From IMG/VR virus record IMGVR_UViG_3300027708_000015: DNA of 64,000 nucleotides; one strand, written 5' to 3'. Each line of letters begins with the position of its first letter. Position 1 is the first letter of the stretch. The DNA is from a virus. Its lineage: Duplodnaviria; Caudoviricetes. The notes under the pieces were generated by a model. The model was not told the origin of the DNA. It worked only from the letters and a program-made list of their open reading frames with translations, and searched no databases. Shown in pieces: positions 47,845-57,918 of this stretch. The translations under genes were made by a program, and so were the position numbers.

Positions 47845-48444
47845 TTATCCTAATAAAATATTCCCGCTGACTGATACTCTAACCTCATCTCCCTTGAATG
47901 GATAAGCACAATGCCTAAGGCTAGCAGGGAACATGAGAATTTTTCCTATATAACCAGCATCTAAATTAATATTATGTCCTATGTTTGTTCCTAAAATATT
48001 GCTGTATGTAAATTCTAGCTTGCCTTCAACTGCCGAAGGATGACTGTTTTGTATGACTTTAGGAATCCGCACCCATATCACATAGCTAAGGATACCTTCA
48101 TGCATGTGATTAGGCAAGAACTCCCCTTGTCTTTGTAGATTTACCCACGGGCGGTTAAAATAATAAGGAGCAGATTTATGTAAAATATTGATACTATTGA
48201 GGTACAATGAGCGTTGTTGATAGCTGTTAGCTACAGTTAACACATAGTCTTTGAGTAGTTCTTCTGTAGATTCCTGAAGTCTATAGTGCTCAGGTACTCC
48301 GGGCGCCGACAGTGCAGAATTTATCTTTTGTAGATTAGGATCATTGGCTAATATACGATCGACATCGTGTTCAATAGCCGTGAACACGCTGCCAGGTACG
48401 CTGTCTAAAATTAAACTAAGATTAGGTAATTCTAAGTCAATCAT
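47845..48444 (-). CDS. 2OG-Fe(II) oxygenase family protein
   Basis: WVNLQ..GEFLPNHMH, ILMFPASLRH, RVSVSGNI (HxH...H...R jelly-roll pattern). Confidence 0.8.
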   Translation of the reverse strand: MIDLELPNLSLILDSVPGSVFTAIEHDVDRILANDPNLQKINSALSAPGVPEHYRLQESTEELLKDYVLTVANSYQQRSLYLNSINILHKSAPYYFNRPWVNLQRQGEFLPNHMHEGILSYVIWVRIPKVIQNSHPSAVEGKLEFTYSNILGTNIGHNINLDAGYIGKILMFPASLRHCAYPFKGDEVRVSVSGNILLG

Positions 48445-50219
48445 TCTGTTATTTCTAGGTCTGTAGCATAGCTAGTAAACCCGTTTTCCTTGATAACTTT
48501 GAGTACATTGTTCACACGACCAATCAATTCGTCCTTGTGCGATATTAGGAATATGTTCTTTTTGCGTTCACGACTCATCTTTTTCAGCACTGCCAATGCG
48601 CCTTCTACACCCGATGCATCAAGCCCGTTGTCTATCAATTCGTCAACAAATAACAGGTTTATACCTTGATATAGGCTTTCCCAAACGTCTCTAAATGCCC
48701 AACTCAAGCCCAGAATCAAGCGATTGCGTTCGCCTCTCGACAGGTTATCAAAGTCTAAATCCTGTCCCAGCTGTGTGATCAACACAGTTAGATCGTTCTG
48801 AAACAGCACAGAGTGTGGCAAACCCATCTTGTCCAAGTAGTAGGTCAGACGATTGTTGAGATAAGCCAGGTTCTGATCGATGATTTTCTTGCGAATAAAC
48901 GAATCTTTTGACGTCAACAGCTTGAGCAAGAACTCCTGATGATCCTTTACACTGCTTAATTCGTTGACTCGATCCCAAGAAACTGTCTGCATGGCTGTGT
49001 GCTTGAGCTCATCTATCTGTTCTTGATAGGGATCTGCTTCGCCCGCTTTGATTTCCAGCTGTGTTTCCAAGCTCTTTAGATTGTTTTGATGCTTGAGTGC
49101 CTGTTCCACAGTGTCATAATAGGTATTGGGACGCTGTGCGACCTCGCCAACTGCGGCTATTTCACGGATGATCAGTGCCAGATCTGCAACAATCTTGTCG
49201 TGATAAGTGTTGGCATCAGTCATATGAGTAACAGCTTCTGCGGTCATTGACTCGTGTTTATGGTCATGCAGTTCTTGATCACAAGCGTGACATTTACGGT
49301 CTTGCAGTTTAGCCAGCTCGCCAGCGTACTTTTTTACGCTTCGCTCTGCTTGCGCTACCGCGCTATCTAACGTAGCCCGCTCCTTATTCAGGCTTTTCAG
49401 CTTTGCCGACGTGTCGTCGTAGACTTTTAGCTCCGCATGCTTCGCAAGCTCAGCTTCAATATCCACACTCTCTAGTTCTACTATCGCACGAGCAACCTTT
49501 TCAATTTCATTAGCATGCTGAGTATTCCACGCACTTTGCTTAGTAGTTAAACTGTCAATGCTCTTCTGAATACCTTCATTGCTACGTTTGACTGCTTCTA
49601 TATCTGCGTTTTCTTGTAGTATTTGATCTTTAGATTCTTTGATCAGCTCTTTGAGAGTCTCAGCTTTCTCACTTAGTATAGTAATACCCAGTAACTGCTC
49701 AATGATTGCTCGTTGATCGTTAGCTCGCATGCTTAAAAAAGGTTCAGTATAGGTATTCAATGCCACAATATGCTTGAACATGTCGTGACTCATGCCTATT
49801 AGATCATCCAAGTCCTTCTGAGTCTCACGCATATCACCTTGCGCATCATCTGTTTCTGCTGTTTCTTGTGCTTGGTCGTTGACAAAGAACTGTAGGATGT
49901 TCGGTTTACGCCCACGTTCAATGCGATAGTCTATACCATCTTTTTCAAATGCCAAGGTAACCAGCATACCTTTGTTATTAATTTTATTAACAAGGTTGTC
50001 TTTTTTAATATTGGTTAGGGCATTGCCATATAACGCAAAAGTCAATGCATTAACAATAGTAGTTTTGCCTGTTCCGTTACGTGATCCACTATCATCACCG
50101 CCTTGATCTAAGTTTTCTCCTAGTACAAGTGTCAAATTCTTCTGTGCAAAGTTTACAGCTTGGGTTTGATTGCCCACGCTCATAAAATTTCTAACGGTTA
50201 ATTCCTTAATATTGATCAT
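48441..50219 (-). CDS. gp46: Recombination endonuclease ATPase subunit (SbcC/Rad50-like)
   Basis: Walker A NGTGKTT, zinc hook CHAC, signature LSRGE, Walker B FVDE. Confidence 0.95.
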   Translation of the reverse strand: MINIKELTVRNFMSVGNQTQAVNFAQKNLTLVLGENLDQGGDDSGSRNGTGKTTIVNALTFALYGNALTNIKKDNLVNKINNKGMLVTLAFEKDGIDYRIERGRKPNILQFFVNDQAQETAETDDAQGDMRETQKDLDDLIGMSHDMFKHIVALNTYTEPFLSMRANDQRAIIEQLLGITILSEKAETLKELIKESKDQILQENADIEAVKRSNEGIQKSIDSLTTKQSAWNTQHANEIEKVARAIVELESVDIEAELAKHAELKVYDDTSAKLKSLNKERATLDSAVAQAERSVKKYAGELAKLQDRKCHACDQELHDHKHESMTAEAVTHMTDANTYHDKIVADLALIIREIAAVGEVAQRPNTYYDTVEQALKHQNNLKSLETQLEIKAGEADPYQEQIDELKHTAMQTVSWDRVNELSSVKDHQEFLLKLLTSKDSFIRKKIIDQNLAYLNNRLTYYLDKMGLPHSVLFQNDLTVLITQLGQDLDFDNLSRGERNRLILGLSWAFRDVWESLYQGINLLFVDELIDNGLDASGVEGALAVLKKMSRERKKNIFLISHKDELIGRVNNVLKVIKENGFTSYATDLEITE

Positions 50220-51238
50220 AGGCTACTGTAAATTTCCAGCAATTTGTTTTTGTCGTATGTTTCGCTGTCGATACTAATAATCTGATTGCTGACAATTTGA
50301 TCAATGCTTTCAAATGCTTGAATATCTATATTAGTATTGATTTCGATTTCTTTCTTTTCTGCGATAAGTGTAAGTTCACGTATGTCATAATCAGCAATGA
50401 ACTTCTCTTTGATAAAACTAGCTTCTTCAAAACTGATATCTATATCCAATGCCACACGTAAATGCTGTTTAGGCAGTATAATTTCATCTGCACGATCGAT
50501 CAATTCACTCAGTTTCAGTGTACGGAATGTGGGTTGAGCAGGCCAACTATGATAAACAGGTGTCTCACCCCATTGCATAATCATCATTCCGCGATCATCA
50601 TCCCATGCGTCTGAATAATTGTGTGGAAACGCATTGCCAATGTAAATCATATTTTCGTTTTGCTGACGCTTATGGAAGTGCCCGCTGAACCCCAGTTCAA
50701 AACCTTTGAATGCATCCACTTGTAGTTCGCCATGATCTGGCATCTGTACCATTGCGTTCATAAAGAACTTGGGCAATTCAAAATGACCAAAGCAGTATTT
50801 GCCCTTCATGTTCTTTATTCTTTTCCATTCGTCCCCGACAAGCCAAGGGCATAGTGTGACATCGCCGATAGTAGTAGGCTCGTGTACAACAGTAACACCG
50901 GGAATATACTTGCCAAATTCAACTGAATGTATGTCCCGTTTATCTTTGTAGTACAAATCATGATTGCCAGGAAAAAAGTAAAAATTATCAAAAGCCTTAC
51001 CCAGTTTTTCCAAGGCACGCAAACTATAATCCATCGTAGTGATATTAAGGCTATTGCGATTATGATGCCAATCACCCATAAAGATACCTGTATCACAACC
51101 TTCCTCCTTTGCTTTAGCAATGTACCAGTCTACAAAATCTTCACAGTCTTGATTGTGTACCGAGCTGTTAGATTTTAATCCAAAATGTATGTCCGTGAAG
51201 GCGGCAATCTTCTTAAACATATTACTCATTAATAACAT
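50216..51238 (-). CDS. gp47: Recombination endonuclease nuclease subunit (SbcD/Mre11-like)
   Basis: DIH, GDWHH, GNHD, GHFE and GHFH phosphoesterase motifs. Confidence 0.95.
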   Translation of the reverse strand: MLLMSNMFKKIAAFTDIHFGLKSNSSVHNQDCEDFVDWYIAKAKEEGCDTGIFMGDWHHNRNSLNITTMDYSLRALEKLGKAFDNFYFFPGNHDLYYKDKRDIHSVEFGKYIPGVTVVHEPTTIGDVTLCPWLVGDEWKRIKNMKGKYCFGHFELPKFFMNAMVQMPDHGELQVDAFKGFELGFSGHFHKRQQNENMIYIGNAFPHNYSDAWDDDRGMMIMQWGETPVYHSWPAQPTFRTLKLSELIDRADEIILPKQHLRVALDIDISFEEASFIKEKFIADYDIRELTLIAEKKEIEINTNIDIQAFESIDQIVSNQIISIDSETYDKNKLLEIYSSL

Positions 51239-51393
51239 TCCTTGACAATGTAATATGTAGGTTTGGGATATTTGTTAGCAATATCGTTTTCTTTAATCCA
51301 TTTGTTCATATCTGGCGCATTAAAAAACATTTTGTTAACGACTACTTTATGTGTGGCCGACTCTACAATACTAAGATAGTTACTTTTACTCAC
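51229..51393 (-). CDS. Small hypothetical protein
   Basis: GTG start at 51393 with AAGGAGA SD inside the end of the sigma gene; 54 aa. Confidence 0.55.
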   Translation of the reverse strand: MSKSNYLSIVESATHKVVVNKMFFNAPDMNKWIKENDIANKYPKPTYYIVKECY

Positions 51394-52219
51394 TGGGTGT
51401 TTCTCCTTCAAATCGTTTTAAAGCGGCCGCATGCTCGCCTGCACCAGTTCTTGAGTAGCTGGGGTTCATACCGTTGATTTCTAAGATATCATCTCGGATA
51501 TTTTGATTACGTTTTTCAATATTGATAACACGCACAAAACTGTTTGTAACTGCGGCAGTAAAATAAGCGAACGGATTATCTGATTTGCTTTCATCAAATT
51601 GCAAACCAATTTGTGTTAATTGTAGAATAGCTTGACCCTTCATCTCGTCATTGTATGTATAGCCACGTACATTGCCACGGGTGGCATATCTCTCACATAA
51701 CTTTAACATCATACGTGCCAAGGTGTTAGTAATTTGGCCAGCATCTTTGTCAAAGTGCCCTTTTTCTAAAGTGCCTTTCCAATGACTTTTACCTACACAA
51801 ACTAGCTCGTCGGCGTCATTATATTTCCAATGTTGAAAGGGCGGAAAATTCACTTTGTCTCTATGGTCAGCAAGACTTTTAGGATTCTTTTTGCGAGTAT
51901 TGTTAAGCGGAATATGGTCAAAAGTCATAACACGGAAAACGACATCTGTTTTTTGGATTTTTTTGTAGTCCACTTCACAGTCTGCTTGTTTGACTTTTTC
52001 TCCAGCTTTTTTACGAGTTTGATATTCTAGATCACCTTGTCGTTTGGCTCTATTACGTTTGGCCTCTGCTACAGTACGTATATTAATTTTGTCAATGCTT
52101 GGTATGATTAAATCATATTGATGAAACTCGGGACTTGAAAACACACAATACGAGCTTTTTGATTTGTGTATCTCTAACAACATATCCTTGTTGTTTAGGT
52201 AATTTACTTTAGCTGTCAT
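51386..52219 (-). CDS. gp55: Late-transcription sigma factor, T4 gp55-like
   Basis: NYLNNKDML, NVRGYTYNDEM and FDESKSDNPFAYFT align with T4 gp55 motifs; sits upstream of gp47/gp46 as in T4. Confidence 0.88.
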   Translation of the reverse strand: MTAKVNYLNNKDMLLEIHKSKSSYCVFSSPEFHQYDLIIPSIDKINIRTVAEAKRNRAKRQGDLEYQTRKKAGEKVKQADCEVDYKKIQKTDVVFRVMTFDHIPLNNTRKKNPKSLADHRDKVNFPPFQHWKYNDADELVCVGKSHWKGTLEKGHFDKDAGQITNTLARMMLKLCERYATRGNVRGYTYNDEMKGQAILQLTQIGLQFDESKSDNPFAYFTAAVTNSFVRVINIEKRNQNIRDDILEINGMNPSYSRTGAGEHAAALKRFEGETPSE

Positions 52220-52242
52220 TGATTCAGTTCTCCGGAATGTTA

Positions 52243-52271
52243 AGTATAAACTACGCAGTTAATAAAGTCAA
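52243..52271 (-). promoter_or_regulatory. Host sigma70-type promoter for the gp55-gp47-gp46 operon
   Basis: TTGACT-17 nt-TATACT (-35 at 52271-52266, -10 at 52248-52243). Confidence 0.85.
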
Positions 52272-52278
52272 ATAAATA
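52271..52278 (+). promoter_or_regulatory. Late promoter AATAAATA for the baseplate operon
   Basis: NNTAAATA 24 nt upstream of the 52303 ATG; SD GGGGA. Confidence 0.65.
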
Positions 52279-52302
52279 ATACACCAAAAGGGGATATTAA
52301 TT

Positions 52303-53289
52303 ATGGCAGTTCTTGGATCGACAGTTACAACTCTCAGTGCTAGCTCAAATATTTTGAGCCAGACTACTAACGTTAGCCGCCAGGTAGCAAGTGGAATTGC
52401 TGGTATAACAGCAGTCAGCGATCTTGGATCTGCAATACGATCCGGTAGTATAGCTTCTGGTGCAGAAGCCATTGGAGACCTGAGCAGTGCATTTGCTTCA
52501 TTTGGTGGCGATGCAAATTCGAATGATTGGCGTGTCAGATTAAGTCTCCCTACTTGGCCAAGTTTTAGATCTAGCCCTGTGCTTGCTCCACTGAAAGATG
52601 CTGGAGGATTGATATTTCCCTATACCCCGCAAATTACTATTCAGAGCAGTGCCACTTATGGTGCAATAGAAACTGTGCATACAAACTACAAATTCCATGC
52701 ATTTAGAAACAGTGATCCCGGAACAATTACAGTAACAGCACCTATGAACGTGGAAGATCCAACACAGGGCTTGTACTGGATTGCCGCTGTGCATTATTTA
52801 CGCAGTCTGACTAAAATGTTTACAGGTCTTGATCCTAAAGCAGGTAACCCTCCTCCTATAGTTAAACTTAACGGATATGGCAATTTTGTTTTTAAGAATG
52901 TGCCTGTAGTGATAACTCAATTTTCAACAACACTGCCTAACGATTGTGATTACATCGCTGTGCCGGTAGTTGGCAGTGCCGCAGGTGCAATAGAAGGAAT
53001 TGCAGACGCATTAGGCGGAGCCGCAGATAGCCTCGGCGGAGCCGGTATTGGACTAGGCGGACTAGTGAATAGTGTAAGTAGTATAGCAGGTGGAATAGGT
53101 CAGATAGCAGGGCTTGCAGGATCTTTGGGACTGGGCGGAAAAACAAGCGGCGGCATTAGCTATGTACCAACAAAGAGTTCGTTCCAAATTACTCTACAAC
53201 CAATTTACAGTAGAACCAGTTCTCGTACATTTAGTCTTGATAGGTTTGTGCAAGGTGGTTATCTAAACAGCGCCTTTGGATACATTTAA
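52303..53289 (+). CDS. Tail-tube-like baseplate initiator (gp48/gp54-like)
   Basis: LIFPYTP, HYLRSLTKMF, GNPPPIVKLNGYG..VPVVI..F; first gene of the baseplate operon. Confidence 0.65.
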   Translation: MAVLGSTVTTLSASSNILSQTTNVSRQVASGIAGITAVSDLGSAIRSGSIASGAEAIGDLSSAFASFGGDANSNDWRVRLSLPTWPSFRSSPVLAPLKDAGGLIFPYTPQITIQSSATYGAIETVHTNYKFHAFRNSDPGTITVTAPMNVEDPTQGLYWIAAVHYLRSLTKMFTGLDPKAGNPPPIVKLNGYGNFVFKNVPVVITQFSTTLPNDCDYIAVPVVGSAAGAIEGIADALGGAADSLGGAGIGLGGLVNSVSSIAGGIGQIAGLAGSLGLGGKTSGGISYVPTKSSFQITLQPIYSRTSSRTFSLDRFVQGGYLNSAFGYI

Positions 53290-53290
53290 T

Positions 53291-53590
53291 ATGGCAACTT
53301 ATACAAATACAAGTCCCTACTTTACAACCAGTATAACCAACAATCATCTTGGTACACTATCAATCAGACCAGTGAGTTCTGAAGTTGATGATATTCTATA
53401 TACAATACAACCACAATACACATATAGACCAGATCTATTGGCTCACGACCTTTACGGTGATTCTACACTGTGGTGGGTTTTCATTCAACGAAATTTAGAT
53501 GTTCTACAAGATCCTATACTTGATTTTATTCCCGGTAAACAAATTTATCTTTGTAAAAATAGTAGCCTAAAAACTGCCCTAGGAATATAA
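53291..53590 (+). CDS. gp53: Baseplate wedge protein gp53-like (LysM fold)
   Basis: YRPDLLAHDLYGDSTLWWVF..RN motif; ATG at 53291 preferred. Confidence 0.85.
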   Translation: MATYTNTSPYFTTSITNNHLGTLSIRPVSSEVDDILYTIQPQYTYRPDLLAHDLYGDSTLWWVFIQRNLDVLQDPILDFIPGKQIYLCKNSSLKTALGI

Positions 53591-53591
53591 C

Positions 53592-55808
53592 ATGAGCGGA
53601 GTAGACAGTTTAGTTCAGGTAGCCGCTGCCACAACTGCTGGACTAGCAGTAGTGCAAAGTCTATCATCATCCGGCCCAGCTAATTCTGTTTCGGCAGCGA
53701 GCGGAGCAACAGGATTATTTGGATCATTCTTCTCTGGCTCCGGCAATACCAAACTACCAGTGGCTAATCCACTACTAAACTATGCCAGCTATACATATCA
53801 GATAGGGTTAGGTGTGTTGACCAATGCACAGATAAACAATCCTAATCTTTACATGAAAGGCAACACGATTCCTTTGATTCTTAAAGATGCCAGTGCTAGT
53901 CCGCAGAATAGAGTAAAAACTCCCTACGGCACTTTTGAATTTTATATAGATAATTTAGAAATTGACACACTGCCAGTTCTCCAAACAAATGCCATGTCAA
54001 ATGTTACCAACATAACATTTAAAATTATTGAACCCTACAGCATGGGCATGTTTATGGTGGCACTACAAACAGCCGCTGCCAAAGCAGGGCATCAAAATTG
54101 GATACAAGCACCGTTTATAATCACTATAGATTTCAAAGGCAACAAGGAAACTGGAACCTTATCTAATATTCCCAAGACGAGTCGTAGGATTCCTATAAAG
54201 CTCACACAATCCGATATGACAGTAAATGAACAGGGATGTGTTTATTCGGTTTCGGCAATCCCATGGAATGGTCAAGCATATTCAAACGCAGATGCAGGCT
54301 TAAAAACAAATATAGCTATTTCTGGAAAAACTGTACAAGAAATATTGCAAACAGGACCAACCAGTCTTCAGGCAGTTATCAACGCAAAATTAAAACAGCA
54401 AGAAAAACAGGGAATAGTAAATCAAGCAGACGAAATTGTAATTCTATTTCCTCGAAGTTTAGAAACAGGCAAAGCTCCTGCTTCAACAGATCAAAAAGCT
54501 ACTACAGCGGTAGATGCAGACTCTATTAGCAAACAGATAGGAGTAACTAGAACTGGAACAATCGGCGATACCAAAGAAGGCATAAACAAAAATCTAATAC
54601 AATCATCTTCTGATGTTAATGAGCTGGGAGCATCCACATTGGGATTTAGTGAAATAAGACAGGGCGATACCACAGCAGGTAAAGAAAAAGACGTATGGAA
54701 AGAAAATTCCGGAGTGTATACTAGAGGAAACTTGGTAATTGATCCTGCAAAAAACGACATGCGATTTACTCAGAACATGGATATTTTTAATGTTATTAAT
54801 CAGGTCCTAATGATAAGTGATTTTTCTAAGAAAGCAATGAAAGGTGAAGCTGTAAGTGATAAAGGCACAAGGCCGCTATGGACTATAGATGCTCAAGTAT
54901 TCAATATAGATAGCAATGCTAATCTTAACAAGACAGGTATGTATCCTAGACTAATTGTTTATAGAGTGGCACGATACGAAGCACACACTCAACAAAATCA
55001 ACCAGTTAACACCGCACCAGTGGGTGTTGACAACTTGAAGAAAACAGTGGCTAAATCTTACAATTATATCTATACTGGCAAGAACGTGGATATAATAAAT
55101 TTTAATATTAAATTTGATGCCGGATTTGTAGGCAAGATGGGACAAGCCAAGTTGAATCAAAGTCAAGACATCACAAATAAAGCTAATGAAAGTGGCGCCC
55201 AAGAACTTAAAAAGGATGACTTTCAGTATCCTGAGGGCAAAGCACCACCTACAAGCGGAAGTTTTTTACCAGGAGTTGTGAGAGCTTTTGAAAACTGGTT
55301 AGGTACAGATTTCTACGGTGGTGGCGGCCCGGAAGATTACAGCACACGAGTAATGAGATCCTATTGGGATGCAGTTACCAGCATGTCTGACATGGTAGAA
55401 TTAGAATTAGAAATACTGGGTGATCCCTACTATATTATTCAAAGCGGATTAGCTAATTATTCGGGTTCTTTGGATTCGGACAATCTGCATGACGACGGTA
55501 GTATGGCGTATCAAAACGGACAGGTATTTATTAACGTAAATTTTAGAACGCCAGTTGACATAAATCTCACATCGGGAATGTATGATTTTGGAAAATCAGC
55601 CAAGACTGGTCCGGTACAGATGTGGTCCGGATTGTATAGAATTACAGAAGTACATAGCAAATTTCAAGGTGGTACATTTTTACAAACCCTAGACGGGATC
55701 AGATTGCCTAACCAGGAATTTCCTAGCTCTTCACAACCAACTAAGGACAAGCTCAATGGGCTGGTCCAAGCACCGCCTAACGGTGATCCCGCAACTACTC
55801 CAAAATAA
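53592..55808 (+). CDS. Baseplate hub protein (gp27/VgrG-N-like)
   Basis: LEILGDP and WSGLYRITEVHSKFQGGTFLQTL C-terminal pattern; between gp53 and gp5. Confidence 0.65.
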   Translation: MSGVDSLVQVAAATTAGLAVVQSLSSSGPANSVSAASGATGLFGSFFSGSGNTKLPVANPLLNYASYTYQIGLGVLTNAQINNPNLYMKGNTIPLILKDASASPQNRVKTPYGTFEFYIDNLEIDTLPVLQTNAMSNVTNITFKIIEPYSMGMFMVALQTAAAKAGHQNWIQAPFIITIDFKGNKETGTLSNIPKTSRRIPIKLTQSDMTVNEQGCVYSVSAIPWNGQAYSNADAGLKTNIAISGKTVQEILQTGPTSLQAVINAKLKQQEKQGIVNQADEIVILFPRSLETGKAPASTDQKATTAVDADSISKQIGVTRTGTIGDTKEGINKNLIQSSSDVNELGASTLGFSEIRQGDTTAGKEKDVWKENSGVYTRGNLVIDPAKNDMRFTQNMDIFNVINQVLMISDFSKKAMKGEAVSDKGTRPLWTIDAQVFNIDSNANLNKTGMYPRLIVYRVARYEAHTQQNQPVNTAPVGVDNLKKTVAKSYNYIYTGKNVDIINFNIKFDAGFVGKMGQAKLNQSQDITNKANESGAQELKKDDFQYPEGKAPPTSGSFLPGVVRAFENWLGTDFYGGGGPEDYSTRVMRSYWDAVTSMSDMVELELEILGDPYYIIQSGLANYSGSLDSDNLHDDGSMAYQNGQVFINVNFRTPVDINLTSGMYDFGKSAKTGPVQMWSGLYRITEVHSKFQGGTFLQTLDGIRLPNQEFPSSSQPTKDKLNGLVQAPPNGDPATTPK

Positions 55809-55810
55809 AC

Positions 55811-57451
55811 ATGACAAGTCCAAATCGTATAGATTATAACGTTCCCAAGCAGACAGAGAAATCCGGACCCGGTCCATTCCTTGCCAGAGTGGTAAGCCAG
55901 GTTGATGACACATATATGGGAAGTCTAGAAGTTGAGCTTCTGGGACCTTCAGGAGCATCTTTAGAAATAGGACAGACAGTAACTGTCAAATACATGACTC
56001 CTTTCTATGGGATAACTAAAAAAACATCTGACCCTAATCTAAACACATTTCAGAATAGTCAACAGAGCTATGGTATGTGGATGGTGCCGCCTGATCCCGG
56101 AACCATAGTAATGGTCATATATGTCAATGCAGATCCCAAGCGAGCCTATTGGATTGGATGTGTGCCCGAAGAAAATATGAATTTTATGATGCCCGGTGTA
56201 GCCGCAACAGAACGAGTTGTAGAATATACCAAAGGCGATAACAATGTACCAGATGCGCATCTTGGACGGGCTCCTACTGGAGAATACAATAAACTCATTG
56301 CAGAAAATAACACAGCCGGAGATCCAGAATTAAAATTAAAACCACAGCATCCTTTTTTCACAACATTGCAAAATCAAGGCCTAACTCTAGATGATATTAG
56401 GGGAATAACCACTAGCAGTGCAAGACGAGAATTCCCCAGTGCAGTATTTGGAATCAGTACTCCTGGTCCGTTGGATAAAACTTCAGCAGGTAGAAGAGGC
56501 CCCAAGGGAAATATAGGTCAACAGATAAAGAATGCTCCGCTGAGTCGTCTAGGAGGTACTACATTTGTAATGGACGACGGTGATGACAAATTTATCAGAA
56601 TGACCAAAGCCAACGCCGGACCGCCTGTATACGAAGCATTGGAAGCATTGCCCGACCAGCAGGTACCTAGTGGTGATGTTACTGTGCCGCACAACGATTT
56701 GGTAAGAATACGCACACGAACCGGACATCAAATACTTTTACATAATAGTGAAGATTTAATTTACATTGCCAATGCTGCCGGAACCAGCTGGATAGAACTT
56801 ACCAGCGACGGCAAGATCGATATCTATGCCAATGATAGCATCAGTGTACATACCAAAGCAGATATGAATTTTTATGCAGACCGAGATATTAATATGGAAG
56901 CTGGTCGTAATATCAATATGAAATCTAAGACACGTACACAGTTAGAATCAACTGGGGATTTTAATTTCCTTGTAGGCGGCAATTACAAAGTTGCAGTTAC
57001 TGGCAATTACATTAATGTGCTAAAGAATTTAAATGTAACTGCAACCGCCGCCGTAAACTTAACCAGCCTAAATACAAATTTACGCAGTAGCAATAATATT
57101 ATAATGACAGCCAACACTATAAGTGAAAATAGTGCACCGGCAGCAACAGCAGTGTCTACTGCACCCAAGGCACTATCCGCATTTGATAATTTTTTCAACG
57201 CCACTGGAGGTAAGATAACCAGTATTATGAAACGTATACCAAATCACGAACCTTGGCCACAGCATGAAAATTTAGATCCATTATTCATGACACCTAGTTC
57301 CACTGATAGAGAAAATACAGAACCTATCAAGTTTACAGCAAATGCTAATAATCAGTTGGTACCAAAGTATTACTCAGTCTATACAACTGCTACAGATACC
57401 TTTACAAAATATAAAGGCACTGCAAGCGGTCCTACATCAGGAGGAAAATAA
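55811..57451 (+). CDS. gp5: Baseplate spike protein, gp5/VgrG-like
   Basis: OB-fold GMWMVPPDPG...YWIGC, RTRTGHQILL, then beta-helix repeats (DINMEAGRNINM). Confidence 0.8.
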   Translation: MTSPNRIDYNVPKQTEKSGPGPFLARVVSQVDDTYMGSLEVELLGPSGASLEIGQTVTVKYMTPFYGITKKTSDPNLNTFQNSQQSYGMWMVPPDPGTIVMVIYVNADPKRAYWIGCVPEENMNFMMPGVAATERVVEYTKGDNNVPDAHLGRAPTGEYNKLIAENNTAGDPELKLKPQHPFFTTLQNQGLTLDDIRGITTSSARREFPSAVFGISTPGPLDKTSAGRRGPKGNIGQQIKNAPLSRLGGTTFVMDDGDDKFIRMTKANAGPPVYEALEALPDQQVPSGDVTVPHNDLVRIRTRTGHQILLHNSEDLIYIANAAGTSWIELTSDGKIDIYANDSISVHTKADMNFYADRDINMEAGRNINMKSKTRTQLESTGDFNFLVGGNYKVAVTGNYINVLKNLNVTATAAVNLTSLNTNLRSSNNIIMTANTISENSAPAATAVSTAPKALSAFDNFFNATGGKITSIMKRIPNHEPWPQHENLDPLFMTPSSTDRENTEPIKFTANANNQLVPKYYSVYTTATDTFTKYKGTASGPTSGGK

Positions 57452-57897
57452 TGTCCGATAGTTTACATACCAAAGTAGTTATTACTTCAAAGGCTACAAA
57501 TAATACAGTATCCAGTCCGAGAAAGTACAGAGGGTTTAGTACAGTCAGTACAACCACCCAGAATTTTGCATTGTATGATTTTGAATTGATCAAACAAGAT
57601 CTGCTAAACAGTTTTCATGTTCGGCAAGGTGAAAGATTGATGAATCCTGAATATGGGTGTGTGATATGGGATTTGTTGTTTGAACCATTAACTGATAATC
57701 TCAAAGAACTTATATTGCAAAATGTCAATCAAATAGTCAATGCTGACCCCAGAGTTCAGGCCAGTAATGTGATTGTTACCAGTTATGATACAGGGATACA
57801 GATAGAAGCAGTATTGACTTATCTGGTTTATAACCTACAACAGAAGTTGCAAATACAGTTTGATCAAACCAACGGTTTAACAGCGCAGACTGTATAA
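57451..57897 (+). CDS. gp25: Baseplate wedge protein gp25-like
   Basis: IKQDLLNSF...GERLMNPEYG...LLFEP...DPRV. Confidence 0.9.
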   Translation: MSDSLHTKVVITSKATNNTVSSPRKYRGFSTVSTTTQNFALYDFELIKQDLLNSFHVRQGERLMNPEYGCVIWDLLFEPLTDNLKELILQNVNQIVNADPRVQASNVIVTSYDTGIQIEAVLTYLVYNLQQKLQIQFDQTNGLTAQTV

Positions 57898-57918
57898 AAT
57901 ACACACATAATTTTATCA

